A stretch of 62,881 bases of DNA, counting the filler, from Craspedostauros australis (lineage: Eukaryota), in assembly GCA_030167865.1 (NCBI GenBank). It is 6 parts of 6 records of this genome, joined end to end, with 100 filler letters (N's around TTAATTAATTAA, not from the genome) between each part and the next. Parts side by side here need not be neighbours in the genome. Positions count along the whole stretch, not along the records: positions 58,243 to 60,341 come from JALAGF010004302.1; positions 60,442 to 62,881 come from JALAGF010004303.1; 4 more parts are not named here. One strand, written 5' to 3'. The notes under the pieces were generated by a model, which was not told the DNA's origin, did no database searches, and worked only from the letters and a program-made list of their open reading frames with translations. Of the stretch, positions 58,243 to 62,881 are shown piece after piece. Position 1 is the first letter of the stretch; every line of letters begins with the position of its first letter. The translations under genes were made by a program, and so were the position numbers.

Positions 58243-59147
58243 TGGCGTGCATGATGCGCATGATTCGGGAGATGCGAGTAATCAACACGTTGGCTGTGGA
58301 CGGCATGTTCCGATCTCTGTCTGATACCCGACTTGACACCAATGTGTGCTTCATGCTGGTGCCCACGCTGACGTCTTTGATCAGTTCCACCTTGACGTTC
58401 GTGTCTTTGCGCTTGGCCCCGTTCATGTACATATTCATGCACATATTCATGCTCATGCTGTTGGCTGTATTGCGACGATGCATCTCCATCCGTATCTGCA
58501 TGTGAATGTGCATGTGAATCAGGATGTGCATCTGCCCTCGACTCTGCTTGTTCATATCCTCGCACTTCAGAGTCCAGATGCGAATGTGAGTGGGAATGGA
58601 AAAGACCCTCTGACATTGGTTGGTGGAAGTTCATGTCGAAGAGGAAGCACTGCAAGAATCGGAACTTCGTCATCTCCTTCGATTCTTCCATGGAGATCGG
58701 GAGTGCTGCCGATGCCGACGCCGACACTGAAGCTGTTGCTGTGACTGCTGCGGTTTTTGCTGGCAGTGTTGCTTCTGCTTCTGCTGCTGCTGCTGCTGCT
58801 TCCCTAGCATACTTGGTAGGCACCTCCTTCCTGCGCTTGTCCTGTCCACCATGGTGCATACGCCCCGCTTGAGTTTGTTGCTCATATTGGTATCCATGGT
58901 ACTGTTGATGACGATGTTGATGCCGATGTTGATTCCCATGATGACGATGGCGATGACGATGATGGGCGTCCCAATCTCCCCTATCATCCACATCAGCGTC
59001 AGTATCTATGTCAGCATCTATATCAGCATCTATGTCAATGTCAATTGCCATGCCTTCATCCACACCAATATCGACGAGATCGCCCAAGTACGACTGCTGC
59101 TGCGGTGACCGGGATGGCAGCGACCCCAGAAGCTTGTCCAACCACAT
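58243..59147 (-). CDS. N-terminal part of the H/Q-rich WW-domain protein, on an inverted contig
   Basis: MWLDKLLGSLP... open to the gap; 58243..58921 is the reverse complement of 60442..61120. Confidence 0.7.
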
Positions 59148-59469
59148 CTTTCAGCTTGGGTTTGTTGATCTGATCTGTTGTGATCTGCTGTGATCTGTTG
59201 TATGTAGTTCAGTCTGGTCTGCTTGTAGGACAGAGTACTCGCAGAGTACTCGCAGAGGAAGCTCTATATTGTCTGTTGCCCCTCGTCTTTATCGTCTACT
59301 CTGTACTCGTGCACTTCAACTCATCCATACTCTAGGGTATGTGTATATGTATGCGTGTGTGTAGATGTATATGTACGTGGATGTGGAGGGGAGGAAAGAG
59401 CAATGGTTGCGATGCCTCCAATCCCAGGCTTCTGTTGGATGCCAAAAGAGGAACTCTTCTTGGGATGTT

Positions 59470-59520
59470 GATGGAACGATGGAATGATGGAACGATGGAA
59501 TGATGGAACGATGGATGAAT
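59470..59520 (+). repeat. 8-bp tandem repeat (GATGGAAY)n
   Basis: gatggaacgatggaatgatggaacgatggaatgatggaacgatgga. Confidence 0.8.
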
Positions 59521-60341
59521 TGGGAGTTTGGTGGAGTGGTGGGAACACTGGGGATGTGCACGGCGACACTTTCAGCCACACCTCCAACTACAATCACAAT
59601 CACAATCGAAGTGCGAGTGCGAGCGCAAGTGCAATCAAAGTCGAAGATGGGATGAATGGTTTGGCATGAAAGGTGCAGCCAACTTGCTCCTTCCTTCCTC
59701 CTTCCTCTTATTCGCTTCTTCTTCCTCTCTTTCATCCTTCTGTTTTCTTCCATCTCACCATTTTCCCCACTTCTCCAACCACGACAACACAGAACAAGCG
59801 ATAAAAAGAGAAAACAACAAGGAACAATCCCAACAGCCCAGAAAAGCGCGGGACAACACCAACACAACACGCTTGCGCACACGCCAACGTACACGCCAAC
59901 GTACACGCTCGCGTACGTTACACGCTCGCACAAGCACAACAACACACCAACCAACCAAAGCCGGCCACGATCACATTCGTGATCCACACAAACTAACCAT
60001 GAACAATGCACACACATGTCAGAATACATCCAGTCCCGATTGATATTCGTCGATCGATCCATCCAATCGTTTTTAAATCACGACTCGCTCGTCGACCGGC
60101 GCGCACGCGACATGGCCCGAAGGGATAACGTGGCGCTTTGTGGCACATCGTCACACTGCGTGGAACGATATCACGATTCGCAAACGCGTCGCCGTTGTGT
60201 CGTGACGTTATTGGAGGCAGCATGCACGACCTCAACCACATCACAATTTACGGTGGATTCAGGCTACTATACTTGTTTGCACAGGTCCACACACATCAAA
60301 TCAAAAACAACACAAGACAACAACACAAGGCATGAAGAGCA

Positions 60342-60441
60342 NNNNNNNNNNNNNNNNNNNNNNNNNNNNNNNNNNNNNNNNNNNNTTAATTAATTAANNN
60401 NNNNNNNNNNNNNNNNNNNNNNNNNNNNNNNNNNNNNNNNN
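60342..60441. other. Artificial 100-nt scaffold gap linker
   Basis: N-TTAATTAATTAA-N. Confidence 0.97.
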
Positions 60442-61176
60442 ATCAACATCGTCATCAACAGTACCATGGATACCAATATGAGCAACAAACTCAAGCGGGG
60501 CGTATGCACCATGGTGGACAGGACAAGCGCAGGAAGGAGGTGCCTACCAAGTATGCTAGGGAAGCAGCAGCAGCAGCAGCAGAAGCAGAAGCAACACTGC
60601 CAGCAAAAACCGCAGCAGTCACAGCAACAGCTTCAGTGTCGGCGTCGGCATCGGCAGCACTCCCGATCTCCATGGAAGAATCGAAGGAGATGACGAAGTT
60701 CCGATTCTTGCAGTGCTTCCTCTTCGACATGAACTTCCACCAACCAATGTCAGAGGGTCTTTTCCATTCCCACTCACATTCGCATCTGGACTCTGAAGTG
60801 CGAGGATATGAACAAGCAGAGTCGAGGGCAGATGCACATCCTGATTCACATGCACATTCACATGCAGATACGGATGGAGATGCATCGTCGCAATACAGCC
60901 AACAGCATGAGCATGAATATGTGCATGAATATGTACATGAACGGGGCCAAGCGCAAAGACACGAACGTCAAGGTGGAACTGATCAAAGACGTCAGCGTGG
61001 GCACCAGCATGAAGCACACATTGGTGTCAAGTCGGGTATCAGACAGAGATCGGAACATGCCGTCCACAGCCAACGTGTTGATTACTCGCATCTCCCGAAT
61101 CATGCGCATCATGCACGCCACGCACACCATCCACAACAGAAGCACCACCACTACCAACAACAGCAACAGCAGCAGC

Positions 61177-61208
<32 letters not shown>

Positions 61209-62881
61209 CCGCGGCGATCACAGGTAAACGCGACCGCATCTCCAGTGTACCTATCGCACTCCGGTGATCCATCCTTGTCGTTTTCGTCGTCGTCGTGCTC
61301 TTCGTCTTCGCTCCTTGGGTATCGGCAAGTCATGAAACAGCAAGATGCGGCAACCAGATCCCGCTCGAGCAACAACAGCAACGGTGCTGTGCATGGCGAT
61401 GGAATCCCGAATCGGCAAGCCACTAACAGGGACAGCCGTATTCCAACGAATGGTCGTGTTGCTATTAGCGACAGAAGGAACAACAACAGCAGCAGCAACA
61501 GATCCAGCGGAAATGATGGTGGTGCTGGAGCTGGAAGTATTGACTGTTCGAGCGCGGTTGTCGACTCACCCCATGATGCTTCCGCTCGTTCTCACAGGCA
61601 AGACCATGATCCAACCCACAACCTTCATCATCATCATCATCATCAGCATCGTCAACAGCAGCAGAATCATCAACGGCAGTATCAACAGCACCATCATCAG
61701 CAGCATCAGCAGAATCAGCAACAGATGCAATATCTGCACCATCTACAACACGCACGACAATACCAGGCACACCAGCAACATCAACAACAACATCACATAC
61801 ATCAGCAACAGATGTACCAACAGCACTATTCTCCTCGTCAACCTGTTCCTTCTCACCACCCACATCAGCATCACCACCAACACCAACATTCCAGCACCCA
61901 CATCAACCCACAACGTGACCAACGTGACCAACGTGGCCAACGTGATCAACATAACCAACGCAACCAAAACAAGAACCAACCATACAAACTGGCACTCAAC
62001 AAGCAACCCTTCGCGCCACCTCCTCTCCCGCCACAACACCTGGTCGATTCGTGGAGGGCGACCATCGATCCTCGCACTCATCGAGAATACTTCTACAACA
62101 CGCATACCAATCACACACAATGGAACAAACCGCATGAGCTCGTGGCCGTGGAGGAGTATCAGAGGTGGGAGAAGCGGCAGCGCGATCTGCACTTCTTTCA
62201 GCAGATGGAGTATCGCCTGCTGTCTCACATAGCTCACGGGAAGTCTTGGATCCCTCAGGAAACGATCGCACCGCAGAAGCCATCCAGCGTGAGCAGCAAG
62301 CGCAATCAAGGACAGGTCGAAGGGGTTTCCGAACACGAATACTCGCACGAGAGATCGCTCGAAGCACAGTACAAGAGACCTGAGCGTGGGAATGAACATG
62401 AACATGGGAATGAACATGAACGTGGAAATGAACATGAACGTGGACGTGGACGGGAAGAGCTTCGACATCATCAGCAAGATGTTGACGGTGCAGATGCCAC
62501 CTCCCATAGTCATGCAAGGTATTCGACCACGAGGGGAGGTAGACAAGAAACAGTGAGCACTGCAACACGACAGCAGAGAGAGTATGCGGAGATGAGAAAT
62601 GGCGGAGGGGAGGTATCGTCGTCGTCATCATCATCATCGTCGCCATCGCCATCTTTGACGAACAAGAAAGTGCGACCGAAGTATGTGAGGATATCAACAA
62701 ACAACCAAGCAAAAGACAGCAATAGCAACAGTGACATCGATACCGACATCGATACCGACACCGGAACTGGCACTGGCACACGCAGTGGCAGAAAAAGCAA
62801 TGGCCGTGATGGCAATCGAAAGAAAGAGAGGAGGGAGAGGAGAAGACAGAGAGAACAGGGTCCTCGAATTCGCACGATCTC
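60442..62881 (+). CDS. H/Q-rich low-complexity protein with a WW domain (partial at both ends; absent from the ORF track because there is no stop)
   Basis: Frame starting at 60444 is open to the window end; WW-like LPPQHLVDSWRATIDPRTHREYFYNTHTNHTQWNKP at about 62025..62132; poly-Q, poly-H and (GNEHER)n tracts. Confidence 0.8.

Noticed and set aside
58243..61120. 679-bp inverted repeat suggesting a hairpin-RNA locus or TIR transposon
   Set aside because: Both arms end exactly at gap linkers and lie within one coding sequence; best explained by contig mis-orientation.
61345..62232. 295-aa I/N/T-rich + strand ORF
   Set aside because: Alternative frame of the WW-domain gene, whose real frame has no stop in the window.
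1..62881. Prokaryotic systems (CRISPR arrays, operons, retrons), rRNA or tRNA genes
   Set aside because: None recognised. The RT is a LINE-type polyprotein and the gene content is eukaryotic.

Overview
Eukaryotic scaffold, almost certainly from a diatom: it carries a canonical full-length silicon transporter (SIT) and several families typically expanded in diatoms. Five 100-nt artificial gap linkers (N44-TTAATTAATTAA-N44) join six contigs. In order, the window holds: a spliced TM + RING-H2 E3 ligase; the SIT; two diatom-type hypothetical genes; a Q-rich tandem HA-domain protein; a non-LTR retrotransposon (APE-RT-RNase H-CCHC) with a (TTTA)n tail, cut by a gap at its 5' end; a tandem locus for a receptor with a bacterial-type PBP2 (PhnD/TtrS-like) ectodomain, TM, split TKL kinase and class III cyclase (three assembled copies, probably two real genes); a SET/LSMT-like methyltransferase; a putative plastid protein; an RNI-like LRR gene; a PTSA-stalk protein with C-x5-C repeats; a type II membrane LRR protein with two decayed paralogues beside it; a VOC/glyoxalase gene; a coiled-coil hypothetical; and an H/Q-rich WW-domain gene split across an inverted contig. 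The most interesting candidates are the solute-sensing kinase-cyclase receptor, the Cys-ladder surface protein and the LRR birth-and-death array. All family assignments are from motif recognition by eye; no database searches were run.
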